A stretch of DNA of 61,596 bases, counting the filler, from Sphacelaria rigidula (Eukaryota): assembly GCA_964200075.2 (NCBI GenBank). It is 10 parts of 10 records of this genome, joined end to end, with 100 filler letters (N's around TTAATTAATTAA, not from the genome) between each part and the next. Parts side by side here need not be neighbours in the genome. Positions count along the whole stretch, not along the records: positions 24,681 to 30,750 come from CAXNAA020022442.1; positions 30,851 to 36,920 come from CAXNAA020022443.1; positions 37,021 to 43,089 come from CAXNAA020022444.1; 7 more parts are not named here. The stretch is one strand, 5' to 3'. The position numbers and the translations under genes are program-made. The notes under the pieces were generated by a model. The model was not told where the DNA came from. It saw only the letters and a program-made list of their open reading frames with translations, and ran no database searches. This document shows, one piece after another, positions 24,826-37,523 of the stretch (positions are counted from its first letter, which is position 1; each line of letters begins with the position of its first letter).

Positions 24826-27800
24826 TTGAATCCTTTCTCCTCGCGGGATCGGCAGTCATGTAGTGTAACACCTCCCGTCTCCGAAGCAGGTACATCTTTT
24901 GTCGCGGTCGCTATTACCCCTGCGACCGTTCATCGTGGGACAATAAAATCAAGGCCACACACCAGCCCCCAAACATGCTTAGATGCCAAGCCGACCCCTG
25001 TTACACCCACGAACGAATTGACGTCGGTGCCCGGTCCCCTTTTATTTGGTGAGCATGATTTTTCGAGCACGGAGCGCAACCGCGTCGAACCCTGGCTTTC
25101 CGTCGCTCAGCGGGTTGGGAAGGAACCCCAAGTAACAGCGCTGGTGGAGCGCCACCAGCGTGACAGAGGGCGGACTGTCCTTGACCAATTTCCAATAGCC
25201 CCCGAAGCAGCCGAACCTTTGGTGCGCTATACGCGTCACCCTCGGCGGGCTCCTCCGGATGACCCTGTAGATATCCCTGAAGATACAGTTGCACCCGTCC
25301 ACCGAACTCGTGAACGGGTGTGGGTTTCACTAGATGAAAACGAATATGTCGACCAGGCCGGTGTTTCCCAGATTTCGAACAGATCAACACTGCTCCCTGT
25401 CAACCCCTCACACACTATATGTTAGAACCCGCCTCTAAAATATCGTTGTGATCTATTGGGTCAGATACCTCGCTGCCAATTGGGCGTTCGCCTCCTTGTC
25501 ATGAAAACCTCCTTGATAGCTAAAAAGGGTAGGGAATTGACTACTGTAGCCATATCGCCTCCACCCTTTTACGAAACGTCCCCTTGTTTGCCCCCACTTC
25601 ATGCTGTATCTTCGCCAGCTTTGCAAACAGACGCTTCGCTACTTGTTGCTGCCGACCGAGGTATTCCAAACCAGCCTCACCAGTTGTCGCGGCCAGCCAC
25701 GACAACTGCCCTTCCCAGGCATCGTCCATCGCTTACAGTATACGAAATTCAACACTCGACAGATCCTCCACCAACTGCGACCGACACTCCGTGCCCCAAC
25801 CCACTTTTGGACAGAAATCTTGCCCCAAAGGATATCCAGCGTGTGCATTTCAGCACAGCCGCTCACAATCACAACCACGGATTGTCCACAGATTTCTTGC
25901 CAGAATTTGGACCGGATCTAGTCAGCGGTACTGTAATCATGGATGATGCCTCCTTCACAACGAAAATAGGTGTACATAGGGGAATGCATGCAACATGCCC
26001 TTTATTAGCTGTTGCGTTGCCCGATTCAGGCTCGCCTCAAACATTCATCACCGCCAGCTGCTGGCCACAAATGATCAACGCGGGGGCCGCGGGCACGCAT
26101 TGCGTTTCTACGGTTTCCGCTCGTGTTTTCGGCGGGTTTGGTGCTTCCACTTCACTTACGGTTGATCGATCAGTAAGACTTGGTGTGCAATTTACCGATG
26201 ACACGGGTCCGTCTGCGCGATTATCCGTGTGGGCTCTCATAGTGCCCGATGGTTTCATGTCGGTTGATGTTTTACTGGGGTGTGATAGTTGGCTACGGTT
26301 TTCTTCTCATACACTGTTTCGCACTATCCCAAGACTGGTAGGTTGAAATTGGGATATCACGACACTGCTTCGGGGGCGCATGCCTATGTCGATGATCCAA
26401 CACAAACAGGTGGTGCTTTCCGACGGTACTATGTTGGCGAAAACGTAACCTCCTTATCCCTTGAACCCCAACTCATACATGTGAACCTTGTGAGACGGAA
26501 CGGATCCCCTGCCCTCACTGGGCAATACTTGGTCTAAATCATCAACCCCAATCAACCGGCTGATGATGTAGGCACCTTCGACCGGACCGAAATATTCGTC
26601 CACGAAAGTAGACAATCCATTCCTCTCATGTCTTTTGCATGTTTCGATATACTCTCCGGTCAGTTGTTAGGTTTTACTCAGGTGCCCCTTCTACGGACAG
26701 GCTTGTCAAACGTGTGTCTGCCAACCGAACGGAAGATACCACCAGACACCTCGATCAACGCGAACTCGCCGCCGTCAGACAAACCTCACCCGATGGTAGT
26801 GGACGTTGCATCTAACGCACCTGACCCAAACCCCCCAACTGCATTGCTGGATAGATTATCGCCAGAGCAACGTGTTAGTTTCCAACGTTTATTGGACGAT
26901 ATCTCCCCACGTTTGCGACACATTGCTTTTGATCTATCTGGTGAGGGTTGGACTCCCGCGGTGATCGATAGGCTCCGCATCATTTTGATAAGATAGTCTG
27001 ATCGGTTTTCCGAAGCGCCCCTAGATCTAGGCCGCTGCACCACTACACCGTTCAAAATCAAAACTTCTGACGGAAAGCCACCTATCGCTACGCGTCCGTA
27101 CCGCACAAACCCCCTCTAAGCGGATAAAATTCAGGTTATCCTCGACGGATACTTATCCGCCGGTTTAATACGGCACCCAACGTCCCCGTAGGCCTCGTCG
27201 CTTGTTGTCGTCCGGAAGAAGAACGGTAAGATCAGATTAACGGTCGATTACCAACGATTGAACGCAGTCACCAAAACCCCACGTCTACCTCTTCCCCGGA
27301 TAGTTGAAATCATTGACTCTCTCGGCGGGGGTAAATTATTTTCGAACTTTGACATGCAGTCCGGTTACCACCAACTTTTGATGGATCCGCAGTTTATAGA
27401 AGTGACGGCGTTTTGTACACCGTCAGGCCTGTACGAATGGTTGGTAACACCAAAAGGTGCCGCCGGCGCCCCCGGGGCATTTCAACGTGTGATGTTTCGT
27501 GTGACAGATGGATTGTCCAAGAGCCGTATGTACCTCGATGGCGCGGTCATACACGGAAGTACCCTTTCCCAACACGTCGAGCACTTGGCATCTTTCTTAG
27601 CTCGCTTCGAACAACACAACTTGAAACTTGCCCCGTCCAAATCCTGCGTTGGAGCGACTAGCATCGAATTCCTGGGCCACTGTATCACTCCTAAAGGTTG
27701 TAGTCTAAACCTCAACAAGGTTGCTGCACTTACAGGTATGACCACGACACGGGGTACGTCTCAACTGCGCTCCTTGCTCGGCGGTTTGAGCTACTACCGA

Positions 27801-30620
27801 CAGTATTTCCGAACCTAGCCCAAATCCTCAAACCTCTCACCACCCTTCTCAAAAAAAGGGTGAAAGTCGCGTTCACCTCGGAAATGGAGAAAATAGTACA
27901 TCAACTACTTGATACCCTCTCGCGACCACCAATCTTGGTTTTCCCAGACTGGTCGGCCGCTGAAAATGGTTCACGTCCATTCCGACTTCACACGGATTTC
28001 TCCAAAATTGGGTTTGGCTGCACGTTGAAGCAGGAACAACCAGATGCTAATATTCGCCCCATTGTATATTTGAGTCGAACCACCTACCCAAACGAAGAAA
28101 ACTGGTCGGCCATGGAGCAAGAGGCCGATGCGATTGTTTTGGGAGTGCGATGTCTCCGTCAGTACTTGTATAGTATTTCGTTCGTGATTTATACAGATCA
28201 TAAGTCTTTGAAAAACCTCGCCAAAATAGCGGAATACAACGCCCGGGTCCAACGCTGGTTTGAAATCCTGTCTTCTTACAACTTCACGCTGAAGTATCGG
28301 ACAGGATTTCAGAACGCAAACGCTGATTTTCTGTCTCGCTTGCTCATCCCTGCCCAACCCATCGACAGCTCCGCCTTGGGATGCATCACGGATCCCACCG
28401 AAGACATTGTATGTTTCATTAGTAGAAACGGTCATAGCGGAATCTACATACCACTCTCACTGAACAACAACTCGTCACTTGGCATGGATGGGCTGACGAC
28501 TACAGCCCACGCTTCTCTACTAGGCAGTATGTCACCACAATCGTTGTGTTCAGTTTGGAGTGGAGCCAGTACAAACCCAAGCGGGTATGATCATTTCCGT
28601 GCAACTGGTCATCATATGGCTTGTGCTGCAGATGTAGAACCGTCTTGTGCTGACTTCGTCCTCCCGGCTCAAGTGCGAAATCTCATCTCGAGGAGAACCC
28701 GGGGACGACGGGTCGCCGAAACGGCCGCCACCCTGGCGGCCTCTGGCCCGGACCTTCCCATCCCAAGCCCCATCCCGGTGCCCAATACTTTCCTCACGCC
28801 CACCCAACCACCGCGGCGCGAGGTCCCCACAAGATTGACTCCATCCACGGCACCCCTTCCTTCCATCTCCGAAGCCTCGGCTTCGCTCCCTTCCCCGGTG
28901 ATGATGTACCCACTGATACCTCATCATCCGATGCGCTAGTCGACGTAGGATTCGAAGACAGTGTTCCGCTTGAAAGTACACTAACTGATCCCCACGCCCA
29001 TGATCCAAATATCCCTGATTCGAGTCACCACCGCCGTGACACGAACCCCTTCATTTTGGACAAACCGTCGGGCAGTGTGTCTGAGGAATGTCTGACCCTT
29101 CTCTCCCACGCCGATTGGGCCAGGGCACAACAAGCTGAACCTGCTTTTAGAGCGGCTATGCATTTTCTATCCAAAGACTGCCCATCTCCTTTTGCAGCAA
29201 CCGAATTCCTCTTGCCCGTTGGGAACCATAAAGCTCCCACACAGGGTAAAGTTACTGAACTATCGCGAAAAGGTATGCTTTATACGGATGATGATGGTGT
29301 CGTTCTCTTAGTTCGCCGGCCCACAGCGCACCTTTGTGTGGGTAAACCTACCAGTAGACATGCCTGCTTGTTAGGTGGTGACCCCACACGAATTTATGTG
29401 CCGATGCTGCTGCACCCATGGGTTCTCCATCAGTGTCATTTGCAAGCATCGACACATCTGGGAGTTGCTCGGATCTCCCAGATGCTTGAGCGTTTTTATT
29501 CGTGGATTTGTATGGATCAGTGTGTACGTTGGTGAGTGAGGCGTTGTCTTTTGTGTCAGGCGCGAAAACCTTCACGCCAAACAGTTCGTTGGCCAATTGC
29601 TTCTATGCCATTCCCAAACGGGCCTGGTGAAGTAGTTTCGTGGGACTATTTTGACCCCTCGCTCCTGACGGCTAGTGGTCATAAGTATATTTTGTTGTTT
29701 ACAGATAGATTTAGTCGACATGTGGTGATGCACACCGTCCCTGCCAGTAGCTATAACGCGGAAGGTACCGCCAACATTCTTGTATACACGTACAGTCCGC
29801 AATGGGGTGTGCCCAAACAATTGTTGTCCGATAACGGCCCGCATTTCGCCGGCAAACTTTCTGCTGCGATAAGTAACCTCAGGGTGCCCATCATATGTTT
29901 ACAAGCTCATACCATCCGTCCATAAACGGTGGGATCGAACGAGTGAACCATACGATGGCTCAAATGCTTGCAACGGTAACCAACGAACGACAAACGGACT
30001 GGGACTTGCACTTGCCCCTTATTCAGATGAAGTACAACAATTCAGTCAATGCCGCAACGGGATTGTCTCCAAATAAGTTTCATATTGGTCGTATGCCCAG
30101 TTTGTCACTGACGGTGTTCAAACGGAAACCTTACGGGGGCTATCAAAGATAGGGATATCGTGGAGTACCATATTTCTGTTGGTAATCGTCTTCGTCTAGC
30201 GTATGAGGTGGTACGCGAGCAGAACCAGATCAACGCAGCGAAAGTAGCCAGGGCAAACACTGTGTTGGATGATGCGGTCAACACCCGTCCGGTGTGGAAG
30301 GTAGATCAATGGGCATGGGTGTACAATGATGTGAAGACCGTTACTCAGGGGGCTAGCTCCAATAAGTCGTCGTTGGATGAGGTGTTGGAGTCGAAACTAT
30401 CCTTGAATTGGACTGGCCCCTGGAAAATCTTGGCGGTAGGGCCCTGTGATGCCGCACCCGATAATAGCCCGCTAGGCGAGAAACTTTTGTATTTGGATTT
30501 TCCCACTGATGAACCTGGCATCAAACCCAAAAACCGAGTATCGATGCACGGGTGGCCACTGGGGTCTGTAACCTGGCCATTTTGGGACCTTATCCACCTT
30601 TGGCAAGGTCCGCGGGTTGG
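24826..30620 (+). mobile_element. Decayed Ty3/Gypsy LTR retrotransposon pol region (protease, RT, RNase H, integrase)
   Basis: Protease ALPDSGSPQTFI and DVLLGCD. RT KKNGKIRLTVDYQRLN, FDMQSGYHQ, TAFCTPSGLYEW and MYLDG. RNase H LHTDFS, YTDHKSL and NANADFLSRL. Integrase H-H-C-C (HLGVAR, CLLCQARK), TDRFSR, LSDNGPHF and YHPSINGGIERVNHT. Domain order is Gypsy, with multiple stops and frameshifts. Confidence 0.95.
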
Positions 30621-30850
30621 GTAGACAACTGAAGAGCATTCGCACAGCATGGACAGGTTCGAAACAAAGCACGTTCCAGTCTACAGGGGGGTCACCCGCC
30701 TATAGACTGGGACATGTTTTGTTTCGATCCTGTCCATGCTGTGCGGATGCNNNNNNNNNNNNNNNNNNNNNNNNNNNNNNNNNNNNNNNNNNNNTTAATT
30801 AATTAANNNNNNNNNNNNNNNNNNNNNNNNNNNNNNNNNNNNNNNNNNNN

Positions 30851-31136
30851 ACACCTGGAGCGATCTAGGATTTTTTCTCACAACATGCCCAACAGTGAAG
30901 AGCGACTATATCGTGGGTACACAAAGTCCGACTCAACGGTCGACGAGGGAAAGGAACTGCTGAAGCCCTCTCGCGATAAAAAATAAGAAGGCAAGCACCC
31001 CAGAAGGAAGGTGGGGTACTAAAAAAAAAAAACTCCTGTGTTCACCTTTCTCCTGTGTGACCCCGGCTGGTGCGCCCATATATACCGAAAGGTGCAGACT
31101 GGCGCCCAGAATAAAGGAGACGACAACACACACACA
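30851..31136 (+). mobile_element. SINE family A copy (5' end cut by the contig boundary), (CA)n tail
   Basis: Colinear with 37240-37523. Confidence 0.85.
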
Positions 31137-31285
31137 ATCTACAGATCAGGAGGCCCATAAGCTATAGCCCAAGGTAACGACTAGTGTACGACAGCCACCG
31201 GCGGGGTATACCCGCCAAACCAGTCATCACCGCAACAACACGTCTGGGCTAGACCTCGAGAAATATGGATGCAACACCACCTCAC

Positions 31286-31493
31286 CTCGCCCGTTCTTGG
31301 GGCCTCTTCGAACCATTGATATCGCAGATCACGATGAGCGAGCTTTGCGCAGAACTGCGCGTCAACCCCGTTCTTGCAGCCGCCATGGGCCCCGATTGCA
31401 GCGAAGGCTTCGGACAAGATCCTGGGCAACGAGCCATCGAGGAAATTCGCCAGCAACGACTCCTGCGTCACTACAGTAAGACGTCTTGAAACA
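31286..31493 (-). CDS. Probable internal coding exon of an unknown protein
   Basis: ctttcag acceptor, GAG|gtgag donor and a GC3-rich open frame VSRRLTVVTQESLLANFLDGSLPRILSEAFAAIGAHGG...QWFEEAPRTGE. A possible first exon starts at ATG 32139 (MGKKVKKREEFLLYEIK). Confidence 0.5.
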
Positions 31494-32228
31494 CTGAAAG
31501 ACTTCACGTGGCTCCGTGCGTCTGACCCGGAGCCACGTTTTGAACCATCGAGGAAACTGGAACGTGATTGAGTAGCTCAGTGGTTATTTATTGGCTCTCT
31601 CAACAAAAGCTTAATATCTTACGTCCGTTCAGCTGTTAAGCCACGAACTTGGATTTCATCTCAGGGATGCAGCCTCTGTAATCAACGCTGCTCACTTGCC
31701 CGGAATAACATGTATCGAAATGAACAACCGGAATAATATCCATCGAAAGTCTACAAGCAGGGTGGGTTATCGGCAATTTCCTGACCGTGATCAATTGGCC
31801 AAAAACATTGTGTCACGGATGAGAATCGAACTGCGGACTTTAACTTTTGTTGATCAGTTCAATAACCACGAAGCTACTCAGCGCAGAGTGAGAAACTCAG
31901 TCGTTATTAGCTTTATCATCACTCTTAGCAGCCCGTCACGGTGTCCTCGGGGTGGTGCATCCTCCGTAATCGCTGCGTAGTTCTGACATTATCGATTTTG
32001 GCAACGTCCGATGTTCCGAGAATTCCCCATATACTGGCTCGCACGTAGTTACTATGCATGAACAGATGGGCCTATTATGTTTGTCACCCTTGATTTCGTA
32101 CAGCAAAAACTCTTCACGCTTCTTTACTTTTTTTCCCATTCCCCCCTCTACGAAAATGCGTCTCAGCTGGGGAAGCCCATTTGCTGTCCTGGGCCGAATT
32201 TGTTGGCCTATTCATTCCCCTTGGGGGG

Positions 32229-32432
32229 ATGGGGAACGCGGAGGATGTTTTAATGAAGGAGATAAAGACAAAAGTAAAATTGAACGATGAAGAATTAGAG
32301 CTGCTTGTGGTGGCGTTTGCTATCGTCGATCACGGGTGCGACGGACGAGTTTCGCTGACGGAGTTGAGGGCGGCTTGCGGGGCGTTAGATGGAGAGGAGC
32401 CTCCCGAAGCGCCTGTCTACAGCGCCCTCGGG
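32229..32432 (+). CDS. First exon of an EF-hand protein gene
   Basis: MGNAEDVLMKEIKTKVKLNDEELELLVVAFAIVDHGCDGRVSLTELRAAC carries an F..D..DG.VS..EL EF-hand loop and ends at a GGG|gtgag donor. Confidence 0.7.
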
Positions 32433-33347
32433 GTGAGTACCCGTACACTGCAGGGTACGACAATGTCCTTGATGGTGTCATTCTAGCAATTTAAGAAATA
32501 ACACTGGGGGTGGTATGCCCGGATGACGGGTGTCTATCTACAGTGGAGAGGAAACCTCGGACACTCATGTGGCTTTGTGATAATTGTGAAGAGCGGATGC
32601 ATCTCGTGATGCTGTGGGGCGTAAAATCTCCAAGTCGTGGATCGATTCGACAGATCCGTACGAGTAGGGCACCTGCGGGTGCTAGTGGTGGGCACGACAG
32701 TAACGCCGTAGGCTCCGGGGCAGCAATACCCATCCGATAGGTATTTCAGCGTGGATGTTTTCGATGTATAATACCCTGCTTTCCGGGGGAGAACTTGATC
32801 ATAGAAAGATTTTTCTACGCCTTCTCGGAGACCGCAGCTTTCTGCGCCTCAGGAGGGAAGTGCGACGTCATCGATCTAGGCGTCTTCGCCGGTGTCCTCA
32901 GCATTACCTGCTAAGCTTTTGGTGCTAGTGAGACATCCATTGACTGAACATCTGGTACTGTTTTCCACGCTTACTGGGCGTTGAGAAACTGCACGTCCCT
33001 CCTTTGGTTTCCCAGCGTGTATTTTTGCTTTGCCGCTACTTGGTTATGTTTTCACCCGGAACCCCTGCAGCTCTTGGGTGCCTAAAAAGGTAAGTGTAGT
33101 TCTCCTCAGCTCATATTAGCAACCTCCCCAACCCCTCGGTACATACTCCTGTCCGCATGACTTTTCCCACGTCCTTGTCGCACAGAATACCTCGAGAGCA
33201 CCGTCTACTGGTGAAAGTAGCGCCATTCGGTCAACGGTGGATGCAATCAGACTTGTCCTCCAACCTGTTTCCATCGCCGCGTAAAACATCGTTCTGTCTC
33301 TGCTTCTTCGACTGTGTTCGCCCTCACGCATCGATTTCGCAAAGTAG

Positions 33348-33541
33348 GTCGCGGACGACAGGGAAACGAAGGGCGGCAAGCAACACGGGCGGAGCGACGG
33401 CCGATACTCCTTCCAAGATTTCGTACTTCTCAGGGCTGTTCTCGCGCGGGAAAAGGCGGGCATTGGAGACAGCGATGGGAGGGAAAGTGGGTACGGATTT
33501 GCCTCCGGATGGAAACTGTCCGCCCTGGCACATCTCCGCAG
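33348..33541 (+). CDS. Probable internal exon of the EF-hand/WD40-like gene (frame uncertain)
   Basis: aagtag acceptor and CAG|gtacg donor. The SRTTGKRRAASNT...PPWHISA frame ends in phase 1, compatible with the next exon. Exon structure between 32433 and 33347 is unresolved. Confidence 0.45.
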
Positions 33542-34131
33542 GTACGTTGCACGTCAAAAATACAACTGGAGAGGATGATAACATATTACGCGGCAACCAT
33601 GCGCTGGTGTCGTGCCTAAACAATGTCGTGGAATATTTGCGGGGTACGTTGTATTGCGAGTATGCGAATGGGGCATTATACACCGGAATTCCTGATGAAA
33701 AAAAAAGTTTCGGGAGGTGAATCTAGTACTAGAAATGGACGGGAAAACGTGTGCAGTACACAGGAAAAGGCGTGAAACCGATCGCGCTCTCCTCGCTTCG
33801 CGACTTCACCGTATCCGGAAGCAAACATTGCGACGACCTTGATACACCAAACTCCACAAAAATGAATCAAAGCTGTTTCGTAAACCGCGCACCCTCACTC
33901 TTGCATCTCACTGGCCACTCACTCGCACACATCTGTCCGCAATCCCCATATACATTTTCTTCGCTCCATGCAGAATCTTTTTGGACACGATTAACCGTGG
34001 ATCATCCTCATCGGACCAGAGCAAAGCTTATCTCCTTGCTAGACCACGAGTGTCAACAGAGGAAATCAACACCACGCCCCCCAGAAGTGTCCTACTACCA
34101 CCCGCGTCCACCCGTGCAATAACAACAACAG

Positions 34132-34526
34132 CAGCAATAGCGGCGGATGCAGCAGATTTCGTATCGGCGGTGCTGTCCGATTCTTTCCTCGTGAAGTTCC
34201 TCGACATGCCCATTGCTGTAATGGGGAGCAACTCTGGCGGCAGTCGCACCAAAGTCCCCGGCAGGCGTGCTACCTTGAGAGCGGCGTTGCGCGAATTTGA
34301 TCGGGGGAATGGGCGTGGCAGCGACTGTGCGGCCGGTCGTAGTGAGGAGACTAGGGTTCGGGCGGCGGCGGGGCAGAGGGGTGGAGATGCGGGCTTGATT
34401 CAAGTGCAGTGGAAAGATATCGAGGGATGCATTTTCGAGAGCTATGATCCGAGTAAGCTTTTCGAGGAAGCTCCTTCCACACTATCGATTGCTTCGTCTT
34501 CTTCTACAGGGGGCGTTGAACGAGAG
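34132..34526 (+). CDS. Internal exon of the EF-hand/WD40-like gene (exact acceptor among tandem cag sites uncertain)
   Basis: (aac)n-cag acceptor, open frame AADFVSAVLSDSFLVKFLDMP...VQWKDIEGCIFESY...VERE and GAG|gtaag donor. Confidence 0.65.
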
Positions 34527-34813
34527 GTAAGGGGTCGTCCGTTCTGAAGCACCCCATTTAGGCAGAAAATTAGGAGACAAAAATGTATGCTGAGAAGAAA
34601 CGGTCGAATCCACTGCTCAATATCTCAAATAGAGAAATCGACATGAACTTGCGGGTGGTCCATAGACATCATGTGCCTCTCTCAAACTCGACCAACAGCA
34701 TCCTCCGGGACAGTTGTACGACCGGGCTACAGCCACTGAAACACTTCTCACTTCATTCATCAGATGCTCGACAGTGAATGTGTTTGATGGCGTACTCTGT
34801 CGAACCAACACAG

Positions 34814-35054
34814 ATCTACGAGCTGGCTACAGCTGCCGAAACCGGTCTAATCTATGCGCTGATGACAGACGGCGAGGTTAGAGTTTACGACGTCGCGGCG
34901 CCGCTCGGCTGTACCGACGACGGTGGTGGGATGGGAGGGCCGCGGTGGACCTGCCAACTCATTACCCATGATCCGACGCCAAGAGAGCTTGGTAGCGAAC
35001 GGAGGCACGAGTATCGTCAATGGTGCGAAACGGTGGGACTCGGAGCAATGCTGG
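34814..35054 (+). CDS. Internal exon, WD40/beta-propeller-like
   Basis: acacag acceptor in phase 0, matching the previous exon. IYELATAAETGLIYALMTDGEVRVYDV ends at a CTGG|gtgag donor. Confidence 0.7.
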
Positions 35055-35627
35055 GTGAGTGGATCAAAAGAGAATGGACACGGTGTGTTCAATCTTGTGT
35101 GTGTACTATCGTCAACACCGTGTCCCATTGCCCAAATACTGTCGTTGGGTGGGGATGAGTACGATCACGGCGTGTTTCATTCATGCGCTTGAGTGAGAGA
35201 ATAAAAAATGCAAGCAACCACGAGTATCCCTGGAGACTAAGATACCTGTTCGAGTGTGTCTTGTTCTTGTTGGGTAGAAGGCTGGAGATCAACTCTCCGC
35301 TGACAGAGCTTACGGTACAGCAAGACTGAAGAACTCTACACTCCGTACGCGCTCGCCTCGTCGTACCCGTTGTTTTCCATTACCCGACCCCACGGGGTGA
35401 ACTTTAGGTACCCCAATGCTGTACCTGGCGGTCACCCGCCGCGGGAGAACGCAGGATGGTGTACACATGTCAAAGTGCAGCGTACTACTATGCTCGCTAC
35501 AACGATCCCTGCGGAACCTCCGCATTCCATAGCCTGGGTTACTCCACTCTCGTAATCACTTTGTGGATTAACCTGATTGCAATCACCCCTGAGAGCTCAA
35601 GAAAAAGCATATTCTCGACGCACCGAG

Positions 35628-35910
35628 CATGATGATGATAATGATGATGGTGATGATGATGGTGATTACGACGACGACATGATGATGACGACATAAAGGA
35701 CCGATGGTGCCACGTTCCACATTTATTGCCCGACATCTGTCCGTCAGATCCCCTGATGAGCCATCGTTTCGGCCGGGATGTCTAAAACAGGGGAAGCGGT
35801 ATATAGCGCAAATCAAGCTGGCGTTACGTTGGACCATGGGCATAGACCACTACTTGACCTACGTGGCGCGTCAAGCGACCAAACCGCCAACAAACCCGTC
35901 GGCATGACAT
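35628..35910 (-). repeat. Probable non-LTR element 3' end with (CAT)n tail, inside an intron
   Basis: A (GAT)n-type microsatellite at 35628-35692 abuts unique-looking sequence. Only one copy is present in the window. Confidence 0.35.
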
Positions 35911-35977
35911 AGCTACACACAAAAAAAAATGCTGCCGCTGCTGCACGCACCCCCGTTGTTGTATGCTCTGCACGCAG

Positions 35978-36435
35978 GTCACCGGGGCGGCAGCGGCTGG
36001 TCAGCAAGCAAGGCTCTCGCAAGGCGCCTTCTATCCCTCACGAGTTCCGTTGGAGCGCACGCACCCGCGAGTGCACCCACGCGGCGCGCTCGAATCCTCT
36101 TCCCTTGCCCCAGCGCAAACCTTCTCGTTGTCAACACCACGGCGGGCGACCGCTGCATCCGTTTCCATGAGACCTGCGCCTTGCGCCGAATCAGCAGAAC
36201 GCGCCTCGATCTACCCAAGACACCTCGCTCATCTGTGACAAACATAGAGGGACTGTTTGACGTTGCGGCGTTCGACGGAGGTGCTACCGCAGCGGCGACC
36301 GCAGCTACGGCGGGGAGGGATGGGGGTGGTGACTGGGGTGGTGCTTCCAGCAGCGCCATGGAGGGCTCCTTGCTGGACCTGGTAGCCCTGCCGCAGGCTT
36401 CGGTGGTGCTGGGTCTGGTATGGGGCACGGCTCAG
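35978..36435 (+). CDS. Internal exon, WD40/beta-propeller-like; the gene continues beyond the contig
   Basis: acgcag acceptor in phase 1, matching the previous exon. NLLVVNTTAGDRCIRFHE and SLLDLVALPQASVVLGLVWG are followed by a CAG|gtacg donor. Confidence 0.7.
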
Positions 36436-36777
36436 GTACGGACGACGGTGCTGTTTCAGAAAAATTAAATAAAATAACATTTTTTGGGCGCGCAAAAATG
36501 TTGTAATATTAGTAGCAAGGGAATAAAATATTCGTTTTTCACGCGTTATGGGGGGAATCTGTACTTGATCTCGTGGAGGTTTTTCGACGGGGGAAAACGA
36601 TGGCATTACTTTTCCCCTGACGCCTGTTGCGTAGACCAGAATTGCCGACATTGTGTTCCAAGATTTGTTTATCCAGCTTGCGCCGTCTTCTAGTCGGACC
36701 CTCTGAACGACAGAGTGGGTCCCTGGGAGTCCGAAACGTACACCATACGGTGCACGTATACAAGCCCCCCCCCTTTC

Positions 36778-36920
36778 TCCGTCTCGAAAGGGATGCGTGG
36801 TCAATGGTCACACGACTAAGGCAAGCAACAAATGAGTACGCCCCCTCCCCCCCCTTTCCGTCTGCTCCGTCTCGAAAGGGATGCGTGGCCGATGGGCAAA
36901 CGGCTAAAGCAAGGAAAGAA
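36778..36920 (+). mobile_element. Two tandem, very short 3' ends of the C-run LINE family
   Basis: ccgtctcgaaagggatgcgtggtcaatggtca...aaatgagtacgccccc, then a second ccgtctcgaaagggatgcgtgg at about 36867. Confidence 0.85.
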
Positions 36921-37177
36921 NNNNNNNNNNNNNNNNNNNNNNNNNNNNNNNNNNNNNNNNNNNNTTAATTAATTAANNNNNNNNNNNNNNNNNNNNNNNN
37001 NNNNNNNNNNNNNNNNNNNNAGGTGGAGCCGGGACTGGATTCAGATGTGGTTCCTCCCCCCTTTTCAAAAAACACCCAATGTTTGGTTGGGGGGGGAAAA
37101 CCCCCCCCCCCCCCCCCCCCCCGCCCAAAAAAAGTGCCCAAAATCACTTTTGCAAAAGTGATTTTGTGACACGGACT

Positions 37178-37523
37178 GGTCGCCCCGGTGGCTCAGGTGA
37201 TAACTTCGAAACCTTCTGACGGTTGGATCGTGGGTTAAAATCTCGGAGCGATATGGGATTTTTACTCACACAATGCCCAACAGTACAGTCGAGAGCGACT
37301 ATGTCGTGGGTACTTGACCGACTCAATGGTCGACGAGGGAAAAGGACAATGAAACCCCTCTCGACATAGAGAAGAAAGGCGAGCACCACAGAAGGAAGGT
37401 GGAGAAGTGAAACAAACACAAAAAAAAACTCCTGCGTTGGTCTTCCTTCTGCGTGACCCCGGCTGGTACACCCACATATACCGAAAGGTGTAGGCCGGGA
37501 TCCAGAAAAGAAGGGACGACAAC
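37178..37523 (+). mobile_element. SINE family A, full-length copy with tRNA-derived head
   Basis: Head gccccggtggctcaggtgataac...gggttaaaatctcgg (A and B boxes). The body is shared with three other copies. Confidence 0.85.

Noticed and set aside
31571..31880. Two inverted tRNA-like fragments (about 31571-31615 and 31813-31878)
   Set aside because: They are too degenerate to call and are probably remnants of another SINE head.
32510..33347. In-frame TAA/TAG between protein-like stretches, suggesting stop-codon reassignment
   Set aside because: The TAG sites coincide with plausible splice acceptors. Part of the region (ccgggggagaacttgatca) is shared with a repeat near 23873. Recognised genes here end in normal TAG/TGA stops.
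35745..35800. Hammerhead-ribozyme-like CTGATGAG followed by a stem
   Set aside because: The required GAAA core is TAAAA, and no stems I/III with a cleavage triplet can be formed. Other CTGA(T/C)GA hits in the window also lack GAAA.
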